From Schmidtea polychroa (lineage: Eukaryota), in assembly GCA_044892525.1 (NCBI GenBank), contig CM097885.1, positions 13,952,001 through 14,016,000 on the forward strand: a DNA stretch of 64,000 nt, in the 5' to 3' direction. Every line of letters starts with the position of its first letter. The stretch's first letter is position 1. Shown here piece after piece: positions 44,299 to 55,453 of the stretch. The notes under the pieces are model-generated. The model worked only from the letters and a program-made list of their open reading frames with translations, had not been told where the DNA came from and ran no database searches. The position numbers were made by a program, and so were the translations under genes.

Positions 44299-47200
44299 TT
44301 AATCACTCAATTGTACATCATCAATATCAATTTCGTCACTCAATTGTACATCGTCAATATCAATTTCATCATTAGGATCATCACCAGAATCGAAATCTGG
44401 ACTTAAACCATTGAAAAGTGGACCCACTTCCTCATCACCAGAAACAAAATCTGGACTTAATCCTCCGAATAGTGCCCCAACTTCTTCAAATATTTGATCA
44501 TCATTTATATCATCTAGTGCTAAATAATGACCAAATGCGAGACTGGAATTTTTCCCCACCCAAAACCGCTTGTCGTCGTTGTTTGACAACGCGATTTTAT
44601 TGTTTTTAAATGTGTACAATTGATGGTTCCGCGTCCCTATCTTACTTTGTGGCACAGAAAATACTACGTTGTTATTGTAGCATTCTAAATATGAATCGTG
44701 CCTAATTTCTGTACCTATTAACCTAACTCCTTTTGCCTTTAAATGATCTTTAGCCCCTAACAAACTAAGAAAACCCATTCCTTATACCCTAGACTTTTAC
44801 TTTCATCTTTAAATTTACCTATCACCGAATCAAGGTTTCTAGAGTATAAGGGATGTGCAGGGTCATAGTTGGAAGTGTCTAAAAGATTGTCACGAATCAT
44901 TGCCGGCAAAAGAATGTCAAGCTTACAGTGCCTAACCTCAAGAAAAAAGGAGTCAGTATCGCCGGCAACGATATTTATCTCACATTTAAATTCATTTCTA
45001 TATTTAGCCAATTCTTTATACTGTAACTGGTACATCCTCAGTTTAGACAGGTCTAGCACCGTTTGGCCAATGTAACTAGGCCTGTCTAAACATATAGAAT
45101 CCTTATATAGATGTGCAGCAATCAAGTCATCATCAATTTTGATAGATTTCTTGAAAGTCGGCTTTGAAGCATATACAATCATCTTTTCAGCTGAATTGCA
45201 TAGCCTCAAATTCATCCGTTTTTTAAGGTTTTCTACGGATTTCCCATACAGACTATTATTAAATAATTTGTATAGATCCCTATATAATTCGCATGTAGAA
45301 TTGGCTCTCAAATTAGTGTTTTTGTCTATGTAAGATTTGAAAATGGGTGCATGCTTAAATTTGATTGCTCTATGTACATTTTTAATAATAGCCCCCAATT
45401 CTATATACAACTTGAGAAGTCGCCAATGAAGAACATGGTTCTTCTTCGGCCAATGCGTGAGCATCAGCTTCTCAACTTTAGAATTTGGCGGGCACATCTT
45501 TTCCGGAGCAAGAGGAAAATCATTCAGAAAGTCATGCAAACAAACAGGTATATCGATATCTACTTCCATAGTATAGCCATATGGAAGGTTATCGATATCA
45601 GCATTTATACATTCATTCAAGACAGAATCAAGATCATCATACACCCAAACAAAGTCAGCATAAGGCAGATTTTGGCTTAAGGCCCAACCATACAAGTTAT
45701 TAATATCAATATACAAGAGTTCTGTGTCTTCAGAACTTGCAACATAATGTTTGTTAACAAATGTTAACCCACCCCGTATCCCTCCTTCATAGAAATTAAA
45801 CATTTCCATGTCCTGCAGAAGTTCAATGGGTTCCGTTAATGTCATAAGCGCAGAGGCCCAAGACATACCGGGAATGCCATAGAAATTAAGAGGCTCAAGA
45901 CCATTGTAAGCAATGGCCTTTGCACGGAATTGTTGGAAATAGTCTGCGAGGAGAAACACGTCTAATTTAAGGTAAGTTAACATGTAATCTAACATGTTAT
46001 TGCAGTTTTGCTGAGTCCAAATTACTTGAGCTAATGCATATTCATCATTAGACACAGAATCCCAGATAGGTGGCAATTCAAGAGTCGATTCCAGAACCTC
46101 AAGAGATGTGGCAAAGTCATAAGGAAAGATACCTTTGGCTCGAACAATTGCGCCATCGAAAACAGAAGAAGTTAAAGGCAGATCGGAAAGAGTCTTAACC
46201 GCTTTTGCTAAAGATGAATTAACAAACTGCATGCTGTCAATAAAACGAACAGACAATTTGTTAATGTACGCGATAAGAGAGATGAATTTCTCAGTAGTGG
46301 TCGGAATAATATTTAATTCCCAAGAAGGAAAATTATTCAAACCATACTTCAAAATATGATGAAGATCATACCCCCTCAAATTGTGAAAAACCACAGGTAA
46401 CTGTTTCTGAATTCGTCGAGAAACATTACATTTCCTACAGGCAGCACCAAGATACTTACCTGAAAAGTGACAATGATCCCTAACTCTATTTCTAATGAAT
46501 TTTTTACAAAGGTAGCAGGTTCTGGAATCACGAAAGGCCCGCTCTTCAGCGAAAGACAAGGTTTGCATGGGCTTTTTCCCATTAATTTCGTAATATGGCA
46601 GGACAATTGTCATAGCAATTTCCTCCACCTTACGCAAGAAAGATAAGATACAATCATCCCCAACAAACTCATAATAAAATTTAGAGTTATTATAATTATT
46701 TATTAATAATAAACCTGCTGTTATTGGCAAATGCTTTTGATGGTGTATTATATCCCCCGGTAAAATTGATTCAAAGTCTGCATATATCACGAATGGTGGG
46801 GTTATGGTTTTCGCATAATTTTGAAAAATTAAATTTTTATCTTTGGGTAGCGTGTATAATGTAGTTCCTATCTGGTTTTTAATGCATAAGGCGACATGAA
46901 TATCAAATGCATTTTTATGTCTAAATCCGTTAAGACAATGGGGGCACCAGTTCACTTGAAGTCTAACGCCACATTCACTGCTAGAGCGACAATTCATTAG
47001 TCTTTGTAAGTTAAAAACTGCAGTATAATGGAAATTATCACCGTCTTCCAATAAAAGTAAGTATATGGGTTCACCACCTATAACCTTAGATCGGTGAATA
47101 ATATCTAATTGAGGATGATGTGGAATATAATTATCGTCAACTATATTTTCAAAAGGCTTAGCAGAGGTCGTTCTATAAGTTAAAACATTTATTGCTAAAT

Positions 47201-48305
47201 TTAAATCCTTATTTTTCATCTCGAATTTAGGAATATCACATAATTTCATTGGACAGTCGGAAATGGGGTCAAAATTTAACTCATCAAGATAATTTTCATA
47301 GGAACTAACTCTATTTCTATTTATATGTACAACATTACGTTTTAAAAGTGCTAAAATACTATATATAAAGCACATATCATCGGTGTTTTTGACGTTTACT
47401 ATTGCATTTTTAGATTTTAAAGATGATGGGGTGGGGATGTAACTATGTCCAGCTAGCCTATTCATATGTGTAAATTTTGTTAATATAAAATCTATTTCTT
47501 TGATTTTAACAACCCGCCATCCACTACCCAAATATGTGAATTTTTCTATTTTATTATTTAATTTGTGAACCCCCTCACTTAGAAAACTATCTGAAAAAGC
47601 CTCTGCCCTATTCGAGAAGAAATTATCTTTAATTTCACCATCTTTTTCAAATTGAATCAATACAGAGAATTGTATTTTCACCGACCCCATTCTGATTATT
47701 TCATGTTTTAACTTATTAACGATTTTATCGGTTATGGATATTTGAATGATGTTATCCTTTTCTACATTAAATCTTAGATTCTTTCGAACCCCCTTAAAAT
47801 CAATTTCGATTTCAGGTTCATCGTCAATATCGACTGAACCGCCTACTTGAATATTATTAACCACAGTTATTTGTTCTAATTTATTAATTTTAGAGGGAGC
47901 ATCAGACCCAATACTAACAGCAGGTCTTTTTAAATTATTATTTACATTAATAACATTATTAATTAGAGGTTTTGTAATATTATTTACATGTTTTGTATTA
48001 TTATTTACAGGTTTTGTAATATTATTTACAGGTTTTGTAATATTATTTACAGGTTTTGTATTATTATTTACAGGTTTTGTAATATTATTTACAGGTTTTG
48101 TATTATTTACATTAGTTTTAATTATAGGTTTTGCAGTATTTCGTAGTTTGTTAAATAAATCCTTTTTATTTAAAGAGAACTGATTTAAATGGGATTTATG
48201 TATACTGTAAAACTCTAAATATTTAATGCTATGGGAAGTCTCGCATATTGGGCATATATAGTACTTGATGCCATAAAATTTACGACCATAATATTTTTTC
48301 ATCAC
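44299..48305 (-). pseudogene. Protein-primed family B DNA polymerase (pPolB), frameshifted at about 44765
   Basis: Exonuclease motifs YADFES, FHNLRGYD and YLKLDV. Polymerase motifs YIDINNLYG, KLFNNSLYGK, GDTDS and GKFKDE. KAKGV and DDKR lie in another frame. An EndoVII-like RDHCHFSGKYLGAAC..CN motif is present. Confidence 0.93.
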
Positions 48306-48754
48306 TTTGTGACATAAATTTGAGTGACCAGTTGAAGCCTGGCAGTAATGTGGATAAAATTTGCCTGTTAATTATATTTATCAATTAATATTAATCATGA
48401 AATTAATATATCATTTATAGTTCTTTTATCATTTAGTTCTTATATGGATTTTACAATTATTGATATATGTTTCATTTAAATACAATATAAAAATGAAATA
48501 AATATTAATAATTGTAAAATATTAATAAAGTCTTGTAAACTATAATAGGGATTTTATTATTATTATTATTATTGTTTCTGTAGTTACATGCTCACTGTAA
48601 CCTACATGTTTATATAATAAGAGTCTTTAGTTGCATGCTAACTAAACATATTAAATTATTAAAATAATATTATAAAGAGAGTATATGTATAGAATAAAAA
48701 TATTAGTATTATTATTATTGATGTAGCTGCATGCTCAAAGATTGTAATTATTGC

Positions 48755-49258
48755 ATAATAAATAGTTTGATGCAGCTGCATGCAGACTACATTTAATAAA
48801 GGGTATTTATTACGTAATAAATAGTTTGATGCAGCTGCATGCAGACTACATTTAATAAAGGGTATTTATTACGTAATAAATAGTTGATGCAGCTGCATGC
48901 AGACTACATTTAATAAAGGGTATTTATTACGTAATAAATAGTTTGATGCAGCTGCATGCAGACTACATTTAATAAAGGGTATTTATTATGTAATAAATAT
49001 TTGATGCAGCTGACTGCTGACTACATTATTGGGACAATCATAATAAAAGAGATATGTAGCTGCATGCTGACTGCAGACTACATTTATTGGGGCAATCATA
49101 ATAAAAGAGATATGTAGCTGCATGCTGACTGCAGACTACATTTATTGGGGCAATCATAATAAAAGAGATATGTAGCTGCATGCTGACTGCAGACTACATT
49201 TATTGGGGCAATCATAATAAAAGAGATATGTAGCTGCATGCTCACTGCAGACTACAAG
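48755..49258. repeat. Two tandem arrays of about 60-bp units with (AT)GCAGCTGCAT / TAGCTGCATGC cores
   Basis: About 4 plus about 4 units read directly, upstream of pPolB. Confidence 0.9.
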
Positions 49259-49282
49259 ATATATTTTTATTACTATTTTTAA

Positions 49283-49322
<40 letters not shown>

Positions 49323-49397
49323 TTAACTAATGTAGTTGCTCATTGCAAACTACAAGGAATATTTTAAAACTATTGTTTCTTAAATACTTTTTAAACA

Positions 49398-49580
49398 TTT
49401 TCTTCATCATAATATTTTCATCATTTTCTTCATCATAATATTTTCATCATTTTCTTCATCATAATATTTTCATCATTTTCTTCATCATAATATTTTCATC
49501 ATTTTCTTCATCATCATAATATTTTCATCATTTAGTCAACATAACATTTTCAATTTCATCATAATATTTTCTTCATTTTC
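49398..49580. repeat. About 26-bp tandem repeat ttttcttcatcataatattttcatca
   Basis: Direct reading. Confidence 0.85.
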
Positions 49581-49682
49581 ATAATAAGTTTTTATAAATA
49601 AGTTTTTAAAGAAAATGTTTAAAAAGTATTTAAGAAATTTACAAGGTTTTTAAAAAAATAAATATATAAAAATAAATAAATA

Positions 49683-50247
49683 CTAACATCGTGATTCCAT
49701 GTCGGAATCTGATTCATTATCAGCAACCTCAATAGAAGTGAGGGCATTATCCACATTATCAAGCTCCTCGATTGTATTATCCACATAATTCAGCTCATCG
49801 ATAGAAGTCAGTGCATTATTCATCTCCTCAATAGAATCATTATTAATTGGAACATCGATTTCAGCGTCCATGTCAACATTAAACACTAAAATGATTTTTA
49901 AAAAATAATATACTAAAATAAAATAAATTTACTTTGTTCATTAAAAACATTGTTTTGCCTAACAAATAAGGCATCATTATCCGGGGCATCATTTTGCCCA
50001 ATAAACACGACATCATCATCGTCGCTAATTATAATAGAGGTTATAAATAAAATAATAATTTCATAAAAATTAAAATATTTAAATTTACCGAAAATCCTAT
50101 CAACATTCAAAATTGAATCATCTTCAGTCACTTGGTACCATAAATTCTCTAAAATAATAAATAAAAATAATAATAATAATAACTAAATAATTTACCATTT
50201 TCACCCATCAACATTGCATTCAAAATTTTGTGTAAATCAGCGTCCAT
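49683..50247 (-). CDS. Spliced acidic protein of unknown function (MDADLHKILNAMLMGEN...)
   Basis: ATG at 50247. Intron 50149-50195 joins in frame to ORF 49913-50131, and a further intron joins ORF 49683-49886. The middle junction is unresolved. Confidence 0.55.
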
Positions 50248-50479
50248 TTTAATTTAAAATTTGTAAATTTAAGAATAATTATGACAAATTTTAGAATTGT
50301 CAATGTTTATATAGAACAGGAATATTTCCATGTCTCAACCAATCAGAATTAAGACACATTCCTGAATACTTTTTCCTCTATCAGCCAATCAAATGGTAGC
50401 AAATGGGATTGCATATCTTTGTGCATGCACAATGTTTGTGTAGTTAGATAATAATATTTTTCAAAATAAATTTAATTAA

Positions 50480-50489
50480 AAATAATAAT

Positions 50490-50520
<31 letters not shown>

Positions 50521-50579
50521 TTAATAATAATAATAATAATGATATTAATAATAATAATAATATTAATAATAATAATAAT

Positions 50580-50610
<31 letters not shown>

Positions 50611-50621
50611 TTAATAATAAT

Positions 50622-50700
<79 letters not shown>

Positions 50701-50773
50701 TAATAATAATAATATTAATAATATTAATAATAATAATAATAATAATAAAATAATAATAATAATAATAAAATAA

Positions 50774-50804
<31 letters not shown>

Positions 50805-50805
50805 A
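50480..50805. repeat. (AAT)n microsatellite inside the Maverick
   Basis: Direct reading. Confidence 0.95.
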
Positions 50806-50834
50806 ACAACAACAAAGGATACAAAATACATTTA

Positions 50835-51246
50835 TTAATCATCAAATTTTTTATACAACAACCAAGCTAAACAATGTTGACCGCATGTTTGTGTCAAGGG
50901 ATTTTGAAACATTGTTTTATTATATACAATAGGTTTCCCCATTGTTTGTAGTTTTGATACCAACAAAGCAGGGTAATAGAAACCCATAGGATCGAACACG
51001 AATATATTACTAGGTTTCACATATATAGCAATCCAATGTTCTCCACCAAGATGAGACGATTGAGTATTGACGATTATGGCTTGATTATTGCTCAAATATG
51101 GGATTTTATCGAGAGGAAAAACTCCTACAAATTCATTTCCCAATATCTGTTTTCCAATTCTATTGACCTGAACAGAACTACTTTAATAAATTAAACAGTA
51201 TTGAAAAACTTACTCCATGACAACTTTTTGGTGTTTCTGTATACAT
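50835..51246 (-). CDS. Adenain-like (C5) cysteine protease; probable exon 1 at 51214-51246, intron 51168-51213
   Basis: FVGVFPLD, IVNT...GEHWIA, FDPMG and Q...TQTCGQHC give the H-D-Q-C catalytic set. Confidence 0.9.
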
Positions 51247-52470
51247 TTGTACTAGCACGGTTCTATTTGCAGTAATTTGAACTTCATTTTCAAATACTCC
51301 ATATATTATAACATGTACTGGTTCAGTAATGGCCTTTGCAAACTTTATATCCAGTCGTAAATTCCCGTTTTGTGGTAATTGACTCTGATTTAAATCAAAA
51401 TCGGGAGCTAGAACAAATGTGAAAAATGGGTATTTTCTTTTAAATTCTTCAAGAGTTATTCCGCAATTCAAGTTTTTATCTAAATAACCCAGATTTCTAA
51501 CAATACTCTGCATATATGTCGCACAGTAATTATCATTCTCGAAATCTTGAGTATATGTTTCTCTATAATCAGTATTTTTCGATAAAGTCAATGAAGTAAC
51601 ACCAAAATTTTTGAAAATTGAGCTGGAAGCAGTATACGATCCATTATATTGCGTTTCACTTTGAAATGTTACCAGAATAAAATTAGGCATTCTTCTGTCA
51701 CCAAATATTTGTTCTTTATAGAATGATGAAGCACCTTTAGCAATAGCAAATTGTACAATTTCCTTTGTTTTTAAAGGATAAATTGCATGTTTTGAATTAA
51801 GCCCCAATTGATGACCAGCTAATACTGACGGGTCTACTCGAACTCTTCTCACCAATAATTTTGCATCAACTAATTGACATATTGGTGCACCAGTTGCACT
51901 AGTAAGAGACAATGCAGAATCAGATCTTTTCAGTCTAATATGTATATTAACTCCCGGTAGTAAATATTTCGGTTGATCCAAAAAATCAAGTTGTAATGAT
52001 GAGCACATAGTGAATACTTTTGAACCTTTAACCCACTTTTTTCTTTCATCATCTGCTGCTGCATAACCCATAGGTGTAAGACAGGTATTTTTAGTATCTG
52101 AATTGTAATTTAAAATAGTTTCTATCAAAGCCTTGTGAATGAATGTATTATTTCCACCCTCAATCTTGATATTATTAAATCCCAACACTGCATCTTTAAA
52201 CAGAGTATGAAACATGAAATTGTTTGGTAATACATCCGCATTGGCATCCAAAACCTTTCTATCTTTATCTACAACCTTGATCTGAACAGTCAATAAAGTA
52301 TCGTTCAAATCTAAATATTCAGTTTGCGAACCATTAATATAAAACTCGATATCATTTCTACTATCAGTAATTGAATTCATAGGAAAAACTTCCTCAAAGG
52401 CACCAAATTCTATTACTGCCTGGGGCGACGGTCTATCAAATATACATAATTCGGATTTACCACAAATCAT
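51178..52470 (-). CDS. Major capsid protein (double jelly-roll, hexon-like)
   Basis: KSEL.IF..P..Q, IEFYI.G...YLDLNDTLL, LDFLDQPKYLLPGV.I.IRL.R and GNLRLDIKF are typical of Maverick MCP; gene position fits. Confidence 0.85.
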   Translation of the reverse strand: MICGKSELCIFDRPSPQAVIEFGAFEEVFPMNSITDSRNDIEFYINGSQTEYLDLNDTLLTVQIKVVDKDRKVLDANADVLPNNFMFHTLFKDAVLGFNNIKIEGGNNTFIHKALIETILNYNSDTKNTCLTPMGYAAADDERKKWVKGSKVFTMCSSLQLDFLDQPKYLLPGVNIHIRLKRSDSALSLTSATGAPICQLVDAKLLVRRVRVDPSVLAGHQLGLNSKHAIYPLKTKEIVQFAIAKGASSFYKEQIFGDRRMPNFILVTFQSETQYNGSYTASSSIFKNFGVTSLTLSKNTDYRETYTQDFENDNYCATYMQSIVRNLGYLDKNLNCGITLEEFKRKYPFFTFVLAPDFDLNQSQLPQNGNLRLDIKFAKAITEPVHVIIYGVFENEVQITANRTVLVQMYTETPKSCHGVSFSILFNLLK

Positions 52471-52829
52471 TTTGCAAATATAGTTCCATGTCCTTTCATT
52501 CGTTTGTTTATACGCGATATTCCATGTCCTTTACGTTTTGGCGCTGGGACTGGAGGTGTATCTTTTTGAAACATACCAGCAACTCCAGGTAGAACCTTCC
52601 CTAACTCAGCTAAAGCATTTGTTTTTAGGGATGGTAATATTTTCTGTTCATTCATAATCACATCTTTTGCAGTTTTCATGCCAAAACTACCAATACGTTT
52701 AAGAATGGGAAGTGCAAATCTCCCTATTGTTTTTAACCAACCTGATCCATACTGTTTACCAATAAAATATGGTAATTCACCACCAGATTGGCTATCACTA
52801 TACATACTAATAATATCGGAATTAGCCAT
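52467..52829 (-). CDS. Small basic virion core-like protein with an amphipathic helix
   Basis: QSGG, QYGSGWLKTIGRFALPILKRIGS, KRKGHG; lies between mCP and MCP. Confidence 0.7.
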   Translation of the reverse strand: MANSDIISMYSDSQSGGELPYFIGKQYGSGWLKTIGRFALPILKRIGSFGMKTAKDVIMNEQKILPSLKTNALAELGKVLPGVAGMFQKDTPPVPAPKRKGHGISRINKRMKGHGTIFAK

Positions 52830-53889
52830 CTACTTTACGAAAATGTAGTGTCAAATGAGTTTTTGAGTCTTTTGGGAAGTTTATAAGTTTTCCACTATCG
52901 TCACGAATATTTATTTCTATATTGTTTATACATGAGCTTGAAATTGGTAAATACATGGGATTATCTATATTTATATTGACAACTTCATCATGTTCATATT
53001 TTCCAATCCACACCGATTTCAATAGAGGAACACTGGAATCACCAACTATTATAGGCTCAATAATATTAGTATATATGAACATTTGTTGATGATGTTCAAG
53101 TATTCTTGGTTTACGTATACCAGCCGATTTTTCCCGATATTGCTGCTTCTCTAATCCAAGTGTATTTGTCAAATTTTTATCAAATGTAACTTCGCAAATG
53201 TCATCATTCAAACTGAAGGTAAATAACAAATCTTTCACAATATCCAAACTTTTAAATATGTGTGAACAATTATACTTTAAATATTTAAGTAACACATCAA
53301 GTTTATCAATATATAATTCGTCAGCGAAGGTGAATGATTCTTCAACTTCATTATTATACGACACTGAAATTTTGATTTCTTCTCTCATTACACTGTTTGC
53401 TTCAAATAGATCAAAGCGTAATAAATATTCTGTTTCCATAACTTCATTTTTCAACTTATTGCAACCCATTCGTCTGGCATCTTCAATATATTCGAATGTT
53501 ATTGTAAATGGTTTAAAATCACAACTGATATTTAATCCATCCTTGTAAAACATAGTGCAATGCTGATCTAATATTTGATTCGGAATATGATATGTTTTAT
53601 CATAATTACTGATAATAAAGATACCACTACATGTTTTCATAGCATTCCTTTTGAAATCAATCTTACATTGACTATAAAATGGGAATGTATTGTACACGAA
53701 TGTAAAATCTTGCAGTGCAACTTCCCAGTCACCATTTAAAGAAATCGGATTCTGGAGATTGACCATGAATTTACTGGCTTGATTATCTGGATGAATAAGC
53801 GGGCAACTATTGCTTGGTAAAATAGTATAAAAATTCACTTTACTAGATCCTTTTCTGATATCCATGATGGGTTTTGATAACCATGCCAT
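52822..53889 (-). CDS. Minor capsid protein (penton-like); start uncertain
   Basis: FYTILPSN...F.V.L..PI.L.G.WEVAL, YTNIIEP.IVGD..VPLL, IEINIRDDSG..I.F and LTLHFRK. Confidence 0.85.
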   Translation of the reverse strand: MAWLSKPIMDIRKGSSKVNFYTILPSNSCPLIHPDNQASKFMVNLQNPISLNGDWEVALQDFTFVYNTFPFYSQCKIDFKRNAMKTCSGIFIISNYDKTYHIPNQILDQHCTMFYKDGLNISCDFKPFTITFEYIEDARRMGCNKLKNEVMETEYLLRFDLFEANSVMREEIKISVSYNNEVEESFTFADELYIDKLDVLLKYLKYNCSHIFKSLDIVKDLLFTFSLNDDICEVTFDKNLTNTLGLEKQQYREKSAGIRKPRILEHHQQMFIYTNIIEPIIVGDSSVPLLKSVWIGKYEHDEVVNINIDNPMYLPISSSCINNIEINIRDDSGKLINFPKDSKTHLTLHFRKVDG

Positions 53890-54890
53890 TTGACATAGTA
53901 TTGTTTATCCTTGCCTTTATTTTTAGTTTTCAAAATCTTCTGAATTCTAAATACTTTTGGGGGAGGAATAACTTGTAATTCCTGCTCATAAAATTTTCCT
54001 TGTACAATATTGTTATCATTGTCTTCGATGACATACATTACAGGATTCTGTTTAGTATTTATTTTTGAAATTACAAAGACTTCATCACACCAATTCGTAT
54101 CAAAATTTTTAATAAATGGTGATGCACTAATTTTACTAATTCTAACATGGTCACCTACTTTATATTTCGGTTTTGTAATTTTTTCATGTTTTTTAGAATA
54201 GATTGTTTTTGACGTGATATCAATCGGCCTTAATCCATTCAGTCCTTGATGTGATGAGTGATTATAACTGGTTATTATTTTTGGTAAAACCGATACCCAT
54301 TTTTTATTACCTTGATGCACGAATAATTTCTTTAATCTATCTCTCAAAGTTCGGTTAAATCTTTCAACATGAGCAGCTTTGTATTGAGAATGTACTGAGT
54401 AATGGTTTATTTTCATTTTATTGAGGATTTGCTTGACTTTACTGTTGTAGAATTCTTTACCTAAAATAATAATAATAATAATAAAAATAATAATATTAAT
54501 ACCTAAATCAGTTTGCAAGTTTTTAGGATGTCCATCTTTAAATAAATGATTAACAGCTTTGGACATTTCATCTGCAGATTTTGCCTTGACGGGTATTGCT
54601 CGGGCAAACCGACTGAATACATCAATACATGTTAAAATATATTTATACCCATTGTTAATTTTCGAATAGGGTATCATCTCCATCAAATCCATTTGCCATA
54701 AATCATTTATTCCATATGTTTTATATGCTCTTGTTGGGAATCGTTTCTGCATTGGTTTGTTCAAACTGTACGCAAGCTGGTCTGATAACCACTTCTGAGT
54801 TTCCTTTTTCGAATTCGGAACTCTTTTCCTTAATTTTGCCACTCCACCAAAACCGGCTTCGTCTTCCGGGTTCGTCCAAATCTTCTCCAT
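53835..54890 (-). CDS. Retroviral-type (c-)integrase with C-terminal chromodomain; intron 54461-54502
   Basis: WQMDL, CIDVFSR, QTDLG/KEF, ERFNRT, YNHSSH and a chromo-like YYVKWHGY...SWI. Confidence 0.95.
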   Translation of the reverse strand: MEKIWTNPEDEAGFGGVAKLRKRVPNSKKETQKWLSDQLAYSLNKPMQKRFPTRAYKTYGINDLWQMDLMEMIPYSKINNGYKYILTCIDVFSRFARAIPVKAKSADEMSKAVNHLFKDGHPKNLQTDLGINIIIFIIIIIILGKEFYNSKVKQILNKMKINHYSVHSQYKAAHVERFNRTLRDRLKKLFVHQGNKKWVSVLPKIITSYNHSSHQGLNGLRPIDITSKTIYSKKHEKITKPKYKVGDHVRISKISASPFIKNFDTNWCDEVFVISKINTKQNPVMYVIEDNDNNIVQGKFYEQELQVIPPPKVFRIQKILKTKNKGKDKQYYVKWHGYQNPSWISEKDLVK

Positions 54891-54951
54891 TACAACAAGA
54901 AGATTTAATATTAAATTTAATGTCTGGTAATGAAGGATTAGCACCCATTGT

Positions 54952-55440
54952 TTATGATCGACTTCCTATTATTCCACCTAATAATGATATTGCTAAAGGT
55001 ATCAATGCACCGATAAATCCCCCTTGTTGTTTATATATAATTTTTCTCATTTGTTGACGATTTTTATTATTTACTAATGATAGCAAAGGTTTCCTATGTT
55101 TACTCAATAATTGCTTTTTAGATTTACTGATTTTAATCTTGCCTTTGACTACTTTAAGTATAATATCGAGTAAATCATCGACAACATAATTTGGAAATGA
55201 TTGCAAAATACTGTTTCTTTTCATACTTGGTGCCTTTAACAATGTATTGAAAAACGGGAAACTCCGATGATTTTTAACAACTTTTACTTTCTTAGTGGTT
55301 TTACTTTTAGGTTTAGGATTTTTCGAAATAAGATTCATTGCAGGAAAATTTTCTGTAATAAGTTCTTTAGATGGAGTATAACTAGTTGTTGGTGGAACTT
55401 TTGGTTGTTTTTTACCCGATATCCTTGTTTTTGAAAACAT
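54952..55440 (-). CDS. Basic Maverick structural protein with C-terminal QQGG-FIGALIPLAISLLGG hydrophobic peptide
   Basis: Lys-rich ORF between ATPase and integrase, with a GG/F adenain-like cleavage motif. Confidence 0.7.
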   Translation of the reverse strand: MFSKTRISGKKQPKVPPTTSYTPSKELITENFPAMNLISKNPKPKSKTTKKVKVVKNHRSFPFFNTLLKAPSMKRNSILQSFPNYVVDDLLDIILKVVKGKIKISKSKKQLLSKHRKPLLSLVNNKNRQQMRKIIYKQQGGFIGALIPLAISLLGGIIGSRS

Positions 55441-55453
55441 GATTTATATGTTT

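Noticed and set aside
44869..46606. Short ORFs overlapping pPolB and other core genes
   Set aside because: Antisense or alternate-frame shadows of real genes.
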